Assembly: GCA_900088475.1 (NCBI GenBank)
Contig: FLMG01003187.1
Span: forward strand, 1-53,065
Reading direction: 5' to 3'
Origin: Hyphochytrium catenoides
Taxonomy: Eukaryota; Protista; Hyphochytriomycota
DNA length: 53,065 bases
Shown here: positions 21,815-33,844 of the stretch, one piece after another
How the letters are laid out: every line of letters begins with the position of its first letter
Numbering within the stretch: the stretch's first letter is position 1
Translations under genes and position numbers: made by a program
The notes under the pieces: model-generated
The model's database searches: none
Told to the model about the DNA's origin: nothing
Seen by the model: the letters and a program-made list of their open reading frames with translations, nothing else

Positions 21815-22386
21815 CTAACGATGGTATCATGGCTGATGGTGCAGAGTTGTCACCTGCTGTGGGCCATGACGATGGCTCAATTCCGCATATACTTTCTATA
21901 GGCTAAACACCCCTCTCGCCCTTGCTTCTCCTTCTCGCTGCTTGCGGTCTCTACAGTACCACTATTTAACGGTTGCAACAACTAATAATATGGTAGGGTG
22001 TACAAGGCTGGCGGGTGACTGCTGCTCACTGCAGGAAGGTCCCTTACATCGGTCTGTTGTGCCTGCTTGGCAAGAAGAGGTAGCTGTTACCACTGAGAAC
22101 CAAATTTATCACTTCCTTCTCAATGCCTGGGCATCATGTCATCAGTGAAAAGAATAGTCACTCTTAGTAAAGAACTCCAAACCGTGCCACTCTCCTCAAT
22201 CTCTACCGACCTCTTTGATTGATTAAGTACCTACCTCACACCGAGAAGTGAAGAGGAGCTATCTCCAGTTGAAAATGAGAGGAAAGTAATAGGCTACTGA
22301 CAGAAGTGGAGCCAGACGACGACGACAGGGCGCAGCAGCTGGAGTTTATCTAATCATTTAGGTCATCAGAAGCACTACCGCTCAGC

Positions 22387-23905
22387 CTACATTAGATCCT
22401 TTATAGCGCCCCATCCTTCCTCACTTTCCACACGTCTGACCGTGACTCTGCACAGCGTGATTCTATTCTCCATAGAAAAAGTATAAAAGTCCAGAAAGCG
22501 CATGCGCAGTGTCTGCCTCTCTCGTTGTGGTTGAAGCTCCTTCTCTCTATCATCGTCTAGTACATTGTGCCTACCCTGAGCGTCCCCACTACCAGGAGCA
22601 TGGTCTTCGTTTATTGTTCTTTCTGGGGCATCGTCTGGTTGTTCCCTCGTCAGCGCTTCAAACGTGGAAGAGACAATAAATCTGTCTCCTCTTAGATCCA
22701 CCGCTCGGATCTCAAGATCCTTAACGCAGCACCATTTAAAGCATCGGATGTAGTCGCCCCTACAACGTAAGGCAGAGCAAGCAGGATTGATGAGACACTT
22801 TCAGAATCACTATGGATGCGGACAGGACTCTTGCTTTAATAAGTTTGGACAAAGGAACAGCGACCCGACTTTAGCGAGTAGAGACAGAAAGCCAGGTCCT
22901 GAGAAGGATACCTGAACTTGCAGAATGAAGACTGAAAGATAGGGAATAGAGAGCTGTGATAGAGGAGCGGAAAGAGATGCAGAGAGAACTAGAGCAAGAG
23001 CGAGGAGCGGAAAGAGAGAGAGAAGGAAGAAAGCGTAGACCAATGAAGAGACGACTCTTGAGCGGCAAGTAGTCCAGGTGTACTAACCATTTTTTTCTGA
23101 TCCCATCCCAACCCTTACAGTCATCAGGAGCAACCTCTAACGGCGCCCACCAATCCGAAGGGAATGCTGCCATAGGAGAATCTGAAGGGTAAGAGAGATT
23201 TTCTAGAGAAGCCGGAGAAGCCACAACAGAGAGTGGAAGCTGGTCATGCACCATTAGACTGTTCATATGAAACAGCGAAAGGTACTCTTCGAGTCGCCCT
23301 GCGTTAAAATGGTCCATCGATTGAGCAAGAAGAGCTCGACGGCAGTCCTTCACTGTCTGCAAAGAGAGAGGGAAAGATAGGGCGGCAGAAGCGATAGGCG
23401 ACATCGCAGAAAGAGAGTGATAGATCTGATCTTCGTCAGAGAGCACTGAGAGAAGTTGCAGACGTTGTTTGAGCTTCTTTTGCCGTTCTTCTGCAGCTTC
23501 AATCTTACGTTGGAGGTTAAGGATGTACTTTGGAGCAACGTTGCTTGTTACCCGTTTTCCTTTTCGTGCTGGCCTCATTTGCTCCTTGTTACTCAAGCGC
23601 TTTGGCTCTAGAGCAGAGGATGCATCGTTGTTAGTACTCCATTCGTCATGGTCAGGGGCAAAGTCCCTAGACCTTGTGAGCCTTTCCGCTATTCCAGCAT
23701 CAACAGGTGCAACTCTGCTGCGAGCCTCTGCTGTTGTCGATTGTCTTCCATAGTAGGCTGCTGGTGCTAGTATACCTTTCCTGGTGGTAGTGGAGAGAGA
23801 TTGAAGGAGCCAAGCTTCCAGAGCTTCCTCCGCCGTTGTCTTCTGTCTTTTTGGAATGGCGGTAGTCGGCACTCTCTGGCAGCTTCCTCGTATTGTATCT
23901 TCCAT
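22387..23905 (-). CDS. Spliced gene join(23905..23088, 22759..22387): basic/coiled-coil (bZIP-like) region plus SnoaL/NTF2-like C-terminal domain
   Basis: A GT(TAGT)...TTGTAG intron at 23087-22760 joins two ORFs in frame (GIRKKW|GDYIRCF). ARKGKR...KYILNLQRKIEAAEERQKKLKQRL is a basic region plus zipper. AQSMDHFNAGRLEEYLSLF...KGWDGIR...FYTFSMENRIT follows the SnoaL-like pattern. Confidence 0.65.
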
Positions 23906-26480
23906 CTTTCTCCCGCTTCCGCTTTGTAGTATAATCAGCCATCGGCGATCGATGACTCACTCTCAGACTTTCACTCTCTCATCGGATGACGCATGGTCAT
24001 CCACATGATCCTCTCTTCCAGCCGGTCATTATCACATGGACCACATGAAGAAGAAGCCGATTTACGTGTCCACCTCAACAACTGGAAGCAGCAATGCAGC
24101 AGAAAACAACAGACAAAGAGAAGACCTTCTTCGCCTCGGAGGAGCTTGAGTGAGCAATTCTATCGACGCTTGTTAGTAAGGACGATTAACTGCCACTTCC
24201 GAGTAAATCATCCTTAGATGCTCCTGCTGCTGCTCATAATCATAATAGAGCACTTCTCCCGCTCTTCTATCTTTCGTTAACGAGCGTCTTCTATCGCTCA
24301 GTGGCCCGTCATCATTGCTCTTGGTACTCATCAACTTTCTTTTCTGACAGACCAGCCAGCTTTCCGAACGAAGTCTTGTTCCTCTCTGCTTTGTTCATCT
24401 TCTTCCGGATCATCGTCTCTTCTCCTTCTTCCGCCACCAGCAGCAGCATCTGCAGGAGCCTTTATAATTAGCAGCAGCAGCAGCAGCAAGCAAGACCAGC
24501 GGCTCATCAGCAGCAGGAAAGGTCCTGGAAGGAACTCTTCTTCCATCATTTGAGCAGTTCTGTGACAACGGCACAACCAACCTTCCACAAAGAATGGTGC
24601 GCTGTTAGCTAATAGTTATCAAATGCATCACAGGGGCGATTCCACGGCACTGATCTGACTGGAAGGGGGACACCAACAAAAACGTACGATTACTGAGCAT
24701 TGCTGGCGGGTGGGGGGACCGGGTGGGGAGCATCCTCTCTCCTACAATTATTGTATAGAGTTCGGTGATAACCTCACAAACGCATAGCATGAGAATAAGC
24801 AACCAAGACAGATTAAGGAAGAGGTTTGTCAGTGGTGGGGACAAAACACTTTATTATATGATATCGTTATATCTATAGTCGTGCTTGAAGCTCGGCCCGC
24901 CTGCTTCACTTGAGGGAGAAAAAAAGCAATCTTTATTACTATTCATCATCATCATCAAGCATCTCCTCCCTCACATCACTAGGAAAACAATGCAACAGCA
25001 GCAGCAGCAGCAGCAGCGGCGGCGTGAAGCTCATTCCATGCGAAGAAGGAGATGACGAAGCTCAAAAATGCAAAGCATCTATCCACCACTGGTTGATAGA
25101 GCAAGAAGCAAAGGAAGTAACTATCCAAGAAGCAGCGGCGGCGGCAGGCGGAGGCGGCGGAGGCTTTTTCCTTCCTTCTTATTACCGCCGCGGCGTAGAT
25201 CTTTGAACCAATAATACTACTGCCAAACAAACCCTTTTAGGAACCGACTTCTTCTACTGATGAGGATGATGATGAGATGATGACGCTAATAACAACCTTC
25301 TTCTTCTTTTCAAAAAGCGACTTACTTCGTCTTCTTCTGAGAGGCTTTATTACTACGGCATTGGACTCTAGGTAGAAGAGTGCCACCGTTCATTATCAGG
25401 CGCCAACAAGACACAAAGGAAGATTGATTCTCCATTATGAGTGCGGGCAAGCAAACACTAGCCTGTGATGAGGTCATCAAGAGGTACGGTCGTTTGTCAT
25501 CTTTGTTTAATGTTAGCCGCTATAATTGATTTTCTCCCATGGTAACCTATCTTACTGCAGCAGGAATAATCATTAGCTAGCGGCGGTATACGTTAGTTGG
25601 ATAGAAGAAAAAAAGTGTCATCAGTAAGTAGTGCTATTACCTTACCTTATCCCGAATAGCGGCCAACAGGGAGATTAGCTCCCAACCTGTCTCTCTTGTT
25701 CATGATGATGGCTGACGCTCTTGCTACTTCTTGCCCCTGCTGCCTCGCAATGATGAGGCCTTACAATCACTAGACCAGATCTTCAGAGCTTCTTCTTGTT
25801 CATAGTTCTTACACTCTTCAGACCAAACCAACACTGAGACAGTAATAAACACATCGGGTTCTCCACTGCCGTCGCCCTAGTAGTAATTTTATTGGGCCTT
25901 CACTCTTTCGTCCTATAAATGTGTCAGAAGGCAGGACAACAAACTCACAAGGGTCCCGTGCTGATGCACACGTTGGCTTATTGTCATCATAGGCGTGAAT
26001 AGAGCGGGAAATCGACCATCACATCGAGATGAACCAGAATATGAGGAGGATGTACCCAGAGTAACAGCCTCTCTCAAACTAGAGGAGGGGATACGTCCTG
26101 AGGGGACTACAAGGTGCAGATTGCTTATGGACGGGTGATGCCTCAGTGCTCCACCATATCAATCTCAGCCAGCTACGAGAAGCAGCAGCAGCTACCGCGC
26201 GTTCCTCGTCATCACCGCGACGGCGAAGAACTGAACCACTTTTACTAGCCGGCCCTCAGCTACTTCTTCGCCACCTTCCTCGTCTCTAAGGGAGAGTCTC
26301 TCGCTCCAGGCGGCGGCTCCATCTTCCTTTCACACTACTGTCACTATAGCAACCAGGAAAAGTAACTGTTATGGGTGTAGAGACTTTCTATAATCGACAA
26401 GCAATGCTCATGATCGATCATGCTCTTGTTATTAGCGCTGTCATCAATCCTTCTGGCCTTAACCTAGCGACCACGGGCAG

Positions 26481-27227
26481 CTACCTAAGCCAATGTTGGG
26501 CATATTTCACCGCCATAACCATCTTCTCAACCTCACGAATGTTGTTGCTGATCATTTGGCGATAGTGCAAGTCGCCTAGGAAGCCATCGAAGACCAGCAT
26601 CCCCACGAAACTTGCTGTTTGAAGTCGTTGACCGTTCAATAGCAAGGGGAGACCTGGAACAAGAGACTCTGCCATTGCTATATGTCGCTGTGCCTGGATG
26701 GAGAGATCCTGCGCGCGTTTTAACCCTTGGTGTTGCTTAACCTCAGCTAGACGACCTAGGAGACGACCTCGAGGAGCGATGATATCGACTGTATTTGCAG
26801 ATCTAGCTCCATTTAGCTCGCGAAGGCAGAGTTCCAGCTGGCGAAGGGCGTCATTTAGATGTCTTCGTGCCTCGGCCACCTGGTAGCTGTTATCCACCAG
26901 CGGAACGGCAGGTTGAGCGACAACAGGTTGACCAACCATCACTGAAGGTGGTGCTGCTTGTGGACCGTTATAAGGAGGAGCTTGCTGATAACCATACGGA
27001 GTGGATTGAGCATAGTACATCTGTTGTCCTGGCTGTCCAGCAGATACTGATGGTGGCGGTGGCGTTGCGGCTGAAGAAACAAGGACTACATTATTCTTAG
27101 CTCCTCGATCTGCAGCACCGCCGACAGCGTAACCTGCCACAGCAGCAACAGCCACAGGATGGGGTCGGCGAAGCTCTCGACGCTCCTCACGTCTTTCATG
27201 CCGGTTATGGTGGAAGAGTGGCGGCAT
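26481..27227 (-). CDS. 248-aa hypothetical protein: P/Q/Y-rich N-terminus plus helical C-terminal domain
   Basis: Clean ATG-to-TAG ORF. The C-terminal ARSANTVDII...FDGFLGDL..RQMI..NIREV pattern resembles an uncharacterised family seen in bacteria and fungi (from recall). Confidence 0.75.
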   Translation of the reverse strand: MPPLFHHNRHERREERRELRRPHPVAVAAVAGYAVGGAADRGAKNNVVLVSSAATPPPPSVSAGQPGQQMYYAQSTPYGYQQAPPYNGPQAAPPSVMVGQPVVAQPAVPLVDNSYQVAEARRHLNDALRQLELCLRELNGARSANTVDIIAPRGRLLGRLAEVKQHQGLKRAQDLSIQAQRHIAMAESLVPGLPLLLNGQRLQTASFVGMLVFDGFLGDLHYRQMISNNIREVEKMVMAVKYAQHWLR

Positions 27228-28409
27228 TTCTTTCTTTTATATGAAAAGACAGGTTGTTCGGTGGTGAAAGTCGGTTTTGCGATGGGCTATGCTAGTCAAC
27301 TTGCTGGAAGGAAGAAGATTAGCTACTGCCAAAGAGGAAGTCGGGCCGGGCCCTACGCAAGGCAAGCACGGGATGCCGCCCGCGACGAGAACAAGGGAAG
27401 TTGACCAAGGCCATTATGAGCTCCATAAGGACCGTCAACTTTAAGGGCCCTGTCAGTATCCTTGTAAGACTCGGCGAAGGAGGGCCGAGTAACGATAGAG
27501 GAAGGAGAATGTTAACAACTTCCTTCCTCTCCGGAACGTGTACTAAGGAGAGGAGAGAGCATTGACTGCTACTATTAGCCTGCTGCTGCTGCTTTGTTTG
27601 TTAGTCCACACTATGAGTGATCAGCTGCTCTTGGTGGGCTTGACAATTATTTTTCCCCGTACTGTTCCCTATGTGGCCAGGATGGCTGTGACGACGATCT
27701 TCGTGCTGCTGCTGCCCTCTTTCTCCTCCTCCGGTCACTCGTCATCACTCTTCTTCCCTGCACACTTCTTCTTGGCGCTGCTGCTTTTCCTCTTCAAGAT
27801 TATCATCCATCCCCGCAGCAGCAGCAGCAGCAGCAGGACGCCGCCCCGCAGTAAGCGACGACAGAGGGCAGCTGTCTCCTCCTCGCTTCAATCATCTTTC
27901 TGCTGATTGCTGCCTCCTAAGCGCCCTCCTCTTCCTTTTCTTCTCTCCTTCTTCTTCTGGCAGTGATGCTGCAAGCAGAAGCTCGTTTGACAGAAGCGAT
28001 CTTTTCTTAGTGCACTGCCCTCCTCTCACCCTTCCCTTCCTTGTCAAGGAGGAAGAGGAGGGAGGTGGTTCTTTTGTCCTTACAGACCCACCCACCTTTT
28101 TTCAGATACAGAACTTATTATGGGGAAATAGGAGGGAGGGGCGTAGAAACTTGCTTTGCGTAGGGGTACTCGTAGAAGTCAGGGGGATGGGTGCGTGTAG
28201 AATTGTAAAAAGAAGCCACTCCATGAGTCTCACGGTCGCGGGGGTTTACTGGATGAAGGGTAGCTTCCCTTCTTTCTGCAGTGTTGCATACTGGCCGTGA
28301 TGATTTAAAATATGAGGCAGTAGAGCAGATACTATCATTCAATTTCGCGATAATGATTCAATATAACTATAGTACCACCATTGTCTAAGGAGTCGTTTCA
28401 GAATGGAAG

Positions 28410-28693
28410 TGAGTGAGAGAAAGAAAGAGGGATAGGGCGCGAAAGAGAGACAGACAGAGAAAGAGAGACAGAGCGTGAAAGAGAGACAGACTGAGAAAGG
28501 AAGACAGACCGAGAATGAACAGACCGAGTAAGAGAGACAGAGCGTGAAAGAGAGGAAGAGAGAGAGAGTGAGAAAGACAGACAGAGAAGAGAGACAGAGG
28601 CTGAGACAGCAAAGAGAGAGAAAGGGAAAATGAACAAGAAAGAGAGACAGAGAAGATTGATACAGAGCAGATAAGAGAAAGGGAAATAGACGG

Positions 28694-28747
<54 letters not shown>
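28410..28747. repeat. GA-rich degenerate microsatellite/minisatellite ending in pure (GA)n
   Basis: Visible AGAGAGACAG-type units and a (GA)n run at about 28705-28747. Confidence 0.9.
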
Positions 28748-28749
<2 letters not shown>

Positions 28750-29333
28750 TCGCAAAAGTACAGTTGATATGAATAGCAAACGGCGGTTTCTTCTTTGCCT
28801 TTCCCTCTCCTTGGATCCTAGCTCTCCGATCCCCTCCTCCTCATCAACAATAGACGGTAAAGAGGAGAGAGAGACGCAGCATGGGTTGATGATGCAAGAG
28901 GATGGCCACAGATGAACGATAAGACTAAGGGCCGTTCCTCATTGCTCCGGCGGCTAGCGATGATGAGGAGCGCCACCAGGAGCAAGCGCGTTGCGTCATG
29001 CCGTACTACCCCTCTCAGGAGGGCCCGCAATGAAGAGTGAAGAGCGCAACAACGAACGTGTTTAGCTCGACTTTTTCTTCCGGACGGTGGTGGCAGGAAG
29101 GACGGATGAAGCGTATGGTGAAGGAAAGCGTCTTGTCAGCTTGCGTGAGCTGGCTTTCGAGGCTCGCTGGCTCATTCGTCGCCACCTCCCTTCAGCCATA
29201 AGCAGTGCTCTTGCTCGTGCTCTCTCAGGTAGAACCTTGTCCTCTTTGTCGAGCAAGCAGGCAGCGGTCGGTGGAGGGTGAGAAGATGCCAACCATCCTT
29301 TTCAACAATATTTAACATCTAGCAAGCAGCACT

Positions 29334-31595
29334 ATGCTGACCTTGGAAAGGCTCTCTGGCCTGAGCGCCAACGAAATTCGGAGCAACATCAAGCTCCAAT
29401 GTGCCGGAGGTACGGGATCTGCAGAGGTCCTGGCCATGCAAGGCGATGCACTGCTATCGATGCACATTCTGCAGATCATCATCAGAAAGTTCCCGTCTTT
29501 GACCACAAGAGAGACCATTCACGCGATGAAGGAACGCTATACCAGCAACGAAAGCCTCGCTTTTATCGCCAAGAAACTAAGAGTCTACGCTCTGATTGAC
29601 CCTCCCGTAGCCGCCAAAGGACAGCCATCTCGCAGGTTCAGTGAGTGGGAGATGGCGACTACTTTGGAGGCCATGATCCAGCTTGTGAACAACGCAAACG
29701 GGTACTCAGCTTCAGAGACTTTCGCTGCTGCCTTGATGGACATCCTGGACAGCTCAACGCTCTCTGAATCGTCTCCTTCTACTAGGGCAATCAGGAGCGA
29801 GAGCATTGGTGCTGGAGGCATTGGCAGTCAAGGTGACAAATCCAAAGAAAGTTCAAAAGCCGCGAGAATCTTCCCTCCTCCAGTGTCAGTGGTGGTGCAA
29901 AAAAGTAAGGATGAGGCCTCTCTTCCTAAGACTGCAACGCCACCAGCGGTCAAAAGTGGAGGCAAAGGGACGAAGAAAAGCCCCAAGTTAGGGCCAACCT
30001 CGACTACCCCGAGGGCAAGCAGCACCGCTCATTCACAAGAGCAAGGCCGTCAAGATGCAAATGGGAAGGCGCGCATTGCACCTACTACCAGCCCCAGTAA
30101 AACCCTTAGTAGTATAGGTAAAAAGGAGTCTCCTACAGCTTTCAAGCAGTCCCACGGGTCCTTAACGGGCAATCCCGGTACCGATCCTAGCCATTCAATG
30201 AAGGGAGAAGCTACACCTCGAAGAGAAAGTGTGACAGCCATTCCATCATTGGAGAAAAAGGAAGGGGAACAGCCAGTTACTCCTGTGAAGCTCTCACCTT
30301 CTGCCTCCCCAACAAAGAAGCAGAATAAAAGGAAGAAGAAAAAGCAAGAGAGAGAAAAGGATGGCCAGCAGGGCGATGTCAAGAAGGAACTGGATAGTAT
30401 GGCGACACCACCGTGCTCCTCTCACCTTTCGGAAGCAGCCATGAAGGCCGAACAGAGGAAAGGAACACTTCCCGTACTTGAGCAAGCAAGCAGTCTCTGT
30501 CCTTCCGGAGGAGCAACAAAGGAACCACGTGATCTAACCTTTACTGGATGTCACCTCATAACGCCGCGTAACTCTCAAAGGGCGTTGTTTGCGCTAATCC
30601 GAGGTCAGCTAGATCGTCTGGGTCCTTTGGAGCTTGACCAGCTTATGGTCGCTCTATGGAAAGAGAGAGGATCTTTTCCTTCCAGCTGTGGTCTTCTCTT
30701 GGAGCCTCAGACCTTACCAAGGGTAAAAGGAGACTACATCGCGAACCTCATCGTTGAAGATATGACCTTACCTACACCGAAGCTTATAACTCTGGCCTCG
30801 TTGCCGGACAATCTGTCCATCCCGTGTCCAGCGTGCAAGATACCGCTAAAGAAGCTAAAGAACGTTATTGAGCACATCAACGAGAGGTGCCCCCGGCGTT
30901 ATGTTAGCTGCGACCAATGTGACTTGCTGATGACTGCTGACTGCATGAACAACCACGATTGTGATGATATCATAGAGTGCAAGGACTGCGGATACAAGGT
31001 AAACAGCACTTTGTGGCATCTCCACCTCAAGCAAGAAGGGCCAATCAAGAGTTATACTAGGCAGGACTGTCAGCACTGTGGACAAATGCAGATGATTGAT
31101 GATGATATTGGCTATGTCACACACCACAACTGCCTCCTCACGTTCATAGTCTACGATATTGTGCCCTACCCAGGACTATCGGCCCAGGAGGCAGCAGACT
31201 TAAGAGCTATCTACATCTTTAGCGAGAGAACGACGTTTGGCTCCTGTGGAGCGTGTCAGCTTGATAACGTGGCTGAACGCCCACCGGTCGCTTACCGCCG
31301 GAAGGAAATGGTTGCACATTGCTGCACTAAGACTGGCCATCATACGCGCTTTCCCCCTGAGATGCCGCTCTGTCCGAGTACCCGAAGCGCATGGTATACT
31401 CCCGAACTGAGTGAACCTACCGCTTCTCAGGAGCCAGCCATGGCCACATCTTCACCACCTGCTACGATTGCTACCCCTACTCTTCCATCTATCGCTCCTA
31501 CACCGGAGGAGGATCTGACGACACAGAGGTTAAACGAGAAATCTACTTCACCATCCACTAGCGGCGCAATAGGAACGGCGTGCAAAGTTCAATGA
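29334..31595 (+). CDS. 753-aa protein: N-terminal Mini-III-like RNase III domain, S/P/K-rich linker with basic NLS-like tract, C-terminal TRAF/C2H2-like Zn fingers
   Basis: EVLAMQGDALL..I...FP......SNESLAFIAKKL...ATTLEAMI mirrors the RNase III signature ERLEFLGDAVL...N..LA..A..L...AD.FEA.I. Linker contains KKQNKRKKKK. Zn-finger region: CPAC...EHINERCPRRYVSCDQC...HDC..IECKDC...HLH. Confidence 0.75.
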   Translation: MLTLERLSGLSANEIRSNIKLQCAGGTGSAEVLAMQGDALLSMHILQIIIRKFPSLTTRETIHAMKERYTSNESLAFIAKKLRVYALIDPPVAAKGQPSRRFSEWEMATTLEAMIQLVNNANGYSASETFAAALMDILDSSTLSESSPSTRAIRSESIGAGGIGSQGDKSKESSKAARIFPPPVSVVVQKSKDEASLPKTATPPAVKSGGKGTKKSPKLGPTSTTPRASSTAHSQEQGRQDANGKARIAPTTSPSKTLSSIGKKESPTAFKQSHGSLTGNPGTDPSHSMKGEATPRRESVTAIPSLEKKEGEQPVTPVKLSPSASPTKKQNKRKKKKQEREKDGQQGDVKKELDSMATPPCSSHLSEAAMKAEQRKGTLPVLEQASSLCPSGGATKEPRDLTFTGCHLITPRNSQRALFALIRGQLDRLGPLELDQLMVALWKERGSFPSSCGLLLEPQTLPRVKGDYIANLIVEDMTLPTPKLITLASLPDNLSIPCPACKIPLKKLKNVIEHINERCPRRYVSCDQCDLLMTADCMNNHDCDDIIECKDCGYKVNSTLWHLHLKQEGPIKSYTRQDCQHCGQMQMIDDDIGYVTHHNCLLTFIVYDIVPYPGLSAQEAADLRAIYIFSERTTFGSCGACQLDNVAERPPVAYRRKEMVAHCCTKTGHHTRFPPEMPLCPSTRSAWYTPELSEPTASQEPAMATSSPPATIATPTLPSIAPTPEEDLTTQRLNEKSTSPSTSGAIGTACKVQ

Positions 31596-32164
31596 CTTTA
31601 ATCAGAATCGTGCTCTTAACATTGCTATCTCTCATAGGATGAAATTTTTCTGGGGATGCTCCTGTGAAGCTATCTATGTCCATAGCTCCCAGCATCATTG
31701 TCTGTCTAAGATCGCCGTGAATGGTATGGGGGACTCATGGGGCATGTCTGCTATTATCAATCTTACATTCACTTCGCGGCCGCCTGCTGGTTGACTGGAA
31801 GGCTTCCGACCAAATTAATCATAGGTGGTACCATCAAGGTTGCAGGATAAGTGCTAGGAGAACTAAGGCAAGCTTCAAAAGTATGCAAAGACTTCTCACA
31901 TGAAACCTGGTCGCCTTGCAATTTAAGAACTATAAGAGGAGTTCTTATCATAGTGACTTAGCACTACGGTAGGGCCTGGCCTGTTTCAAGAGCGCCATGG
32001 CTCTTAAAATCCGATGCTGCACTTTCCTACGTGCTCCGGTGCAGTGCTAACTGATAGCTGGGAATTTGGTGGGCGAAAGATCTTGCTGGAGATAATGCCA
32101 ATAGAGGATTGAGCTTAACGAAGCATATGATGGCGTGGTGAGCTCCATAAAGTAGAACTAATAA

Positions 32165-32840
32165 TCATTAAACAGAAGGATTATCTGACGGCTTCCAATG
32201 CTTGCCCACCAGATCGACTTCCTCCTTCCTTTGATTTGAGAGTCTTCTGTCGGTGGACGGTCGACATATGTGGCGGCGGGCTTTATCAACATCATCTTGC
32301 TCAGCCCAAGCCGATCGAACGGTCGCAGCTGAGCCCGATGTCAACTATTTTAGATACCGTTTGATCACGGCTAAGCTCCCTAACTCTGCACGAGGCGGCG
32401 GCCCGAATGATTGTATCCCGGTTGGCCCCTCCTGCTGCGCCGCACCCTTTCTTGCTGCTTCCACTTTTCTCCGCTCTCTTAGAATTCTTCCTTTCTTTCT
32501 TCTTTCTCCTCTGTCTTCTCTTCAAGCCACGGCCGCCCCGGTTCCTGTTCCTCCTCCAGTTGTCGTTCAAGAGGGAAATCAAGAATCCTCTCTCTCTCGC
32601 ATTATCGGTTATGAGGATGAGTTCTCCGCTTCCTTCTCGGTGTCCCCGCAGCTCCTGCCGCTTCCTGTCGATCCTCCCCGGCCGCCCTTAGTGGCCGGGC
32701 GATTGAGCTCCCTGATGCTTCCTTCCTCTTTTTTTCTCTTTCTGACCTGCTCCTTTTCTCTCTTGTTCTAATTGTAAGCAGTAGTCTACTAGTCACTCCC
32801 TAATATGACAAGAATAAAGCGAAAGAGAGCTCCCTGCCAT
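32165..32840 (+). mobile_element. Decayed 3' end (RLE tail plus 3' UTR) of a CRE-like non-LTR retrotransposon, family A
   Basis: Frame-hopping translation gives KQKDYL...PLI*ESSVGG...SAQADRTVAAE...SRLSSLTLHEAAARMIVSR. The segment is homologous to the reverse complement of 34705-35145. Confidence 0.55.
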
Positions 32841-33652
32841 AGAGAACGGCAGAGGTCTTCGGCGAGTCAGCTCTCTCATGCCTTACCGCGTAAAGGCTGC
32901 TTCTTGTTGGGGCCTATAATAAGATCAGGGCCTGGTATTGAAGCCCCGTGCTAGCGAGCTCTTTCCTGCTGGCACCAGTTCTCTCCTCCTTCTTTTCAAA
33001 GAAGCTGGTGTAGGATAAACAGGAGGATGAACACGGTACACTTTCCTTATCCCTGCTAAAAATCTAAAAGCCTAGACATCCGACGGTCAGTTGGCGCTCT
33101 CATAGATGGGAACGAGTTGGCTATCTTAGCGCGTGATTGACCGGCCAATGATATCTTCACGGAGCTTCTAGTGAAAGAAACGCAGATAGATAACGGGATA
33201 GAAGATGGCCTTCTCCACAGACAACTTCGGCAAGAAGACAAGCCAGCTAGCGCATAACCAAGCAGCTCCGTAGTTGTTTCGACACGACGAGAGCTATTAT
33301 TGAGCAAGCAAGAGTTTTTTCTTAGATAGTTCTCGACTCTACCTCTTCGGCTACGGTTCAACCAATGATAGAAGCGCTAGATCAGAGGTCTGTGCTCAAT
33401 AGACTCAGAAGAAAGAAGACGTCCAAAAGCATTTGACAAGAGTCTTCAGTACTGCTCACGTCTCACAGCAACCAATGTAAGACATCTTCTGGTCGGTGAA
33501 CTTTATTTGTTGACGACCCTCTTCTGGCTTTCCTTGAGAAGGGCGATTGCCCTACCTCTCGCTTCAGTCTCATGTGCTACCCTTCAGGAGCTTCCACAGC
33601 GTCTCTGATTTTACTCACTGAACAGCTGGAGAAGTAACACGCTCTCTCCTCT

Positions 33653-33844
33653 TTAAGCTCTCTCGTTTCTCTTCCTGCCGCCAGCGTCTATTTCAGGGCT
33701 TCCTCCTGTGTCCGCGTACTTTGCCATCGTGTGGTACGTCATCACGCCAACAGCAAAACTAGTGACGGCAATAAGAGGCCAGGTAGCTCTGTCACTTGCG
33801 AGCCACATTCTCATGGTTTGGCGAGTGGTTGGAGTCAAGCCCAT
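33653..33844 (-). CDS. NDUFA4/B12D (MLRQ)-like single-TM mitochondrial micro-protein (63 aa)
   Basis: WLASDRATWPLIAVTSFAVG followed by a TM segment and SPEI...KR. The layout matches this family. Confidence 0.55.
   Translation of the reverse strand: MGLTPTTRQTMRMWLASDRATWPLIAVTSFAVGVMTYHTMAKYADTGGSPEIDAGGRKRNERA

Noticed and set aside
29334-32840. The 753-aa Zn-finger ORF as ORF1 of the adjacent retroelement
   Set aside because: There is no RT between them, and the ORF is intact while the RLE fragment is heavily decayed.
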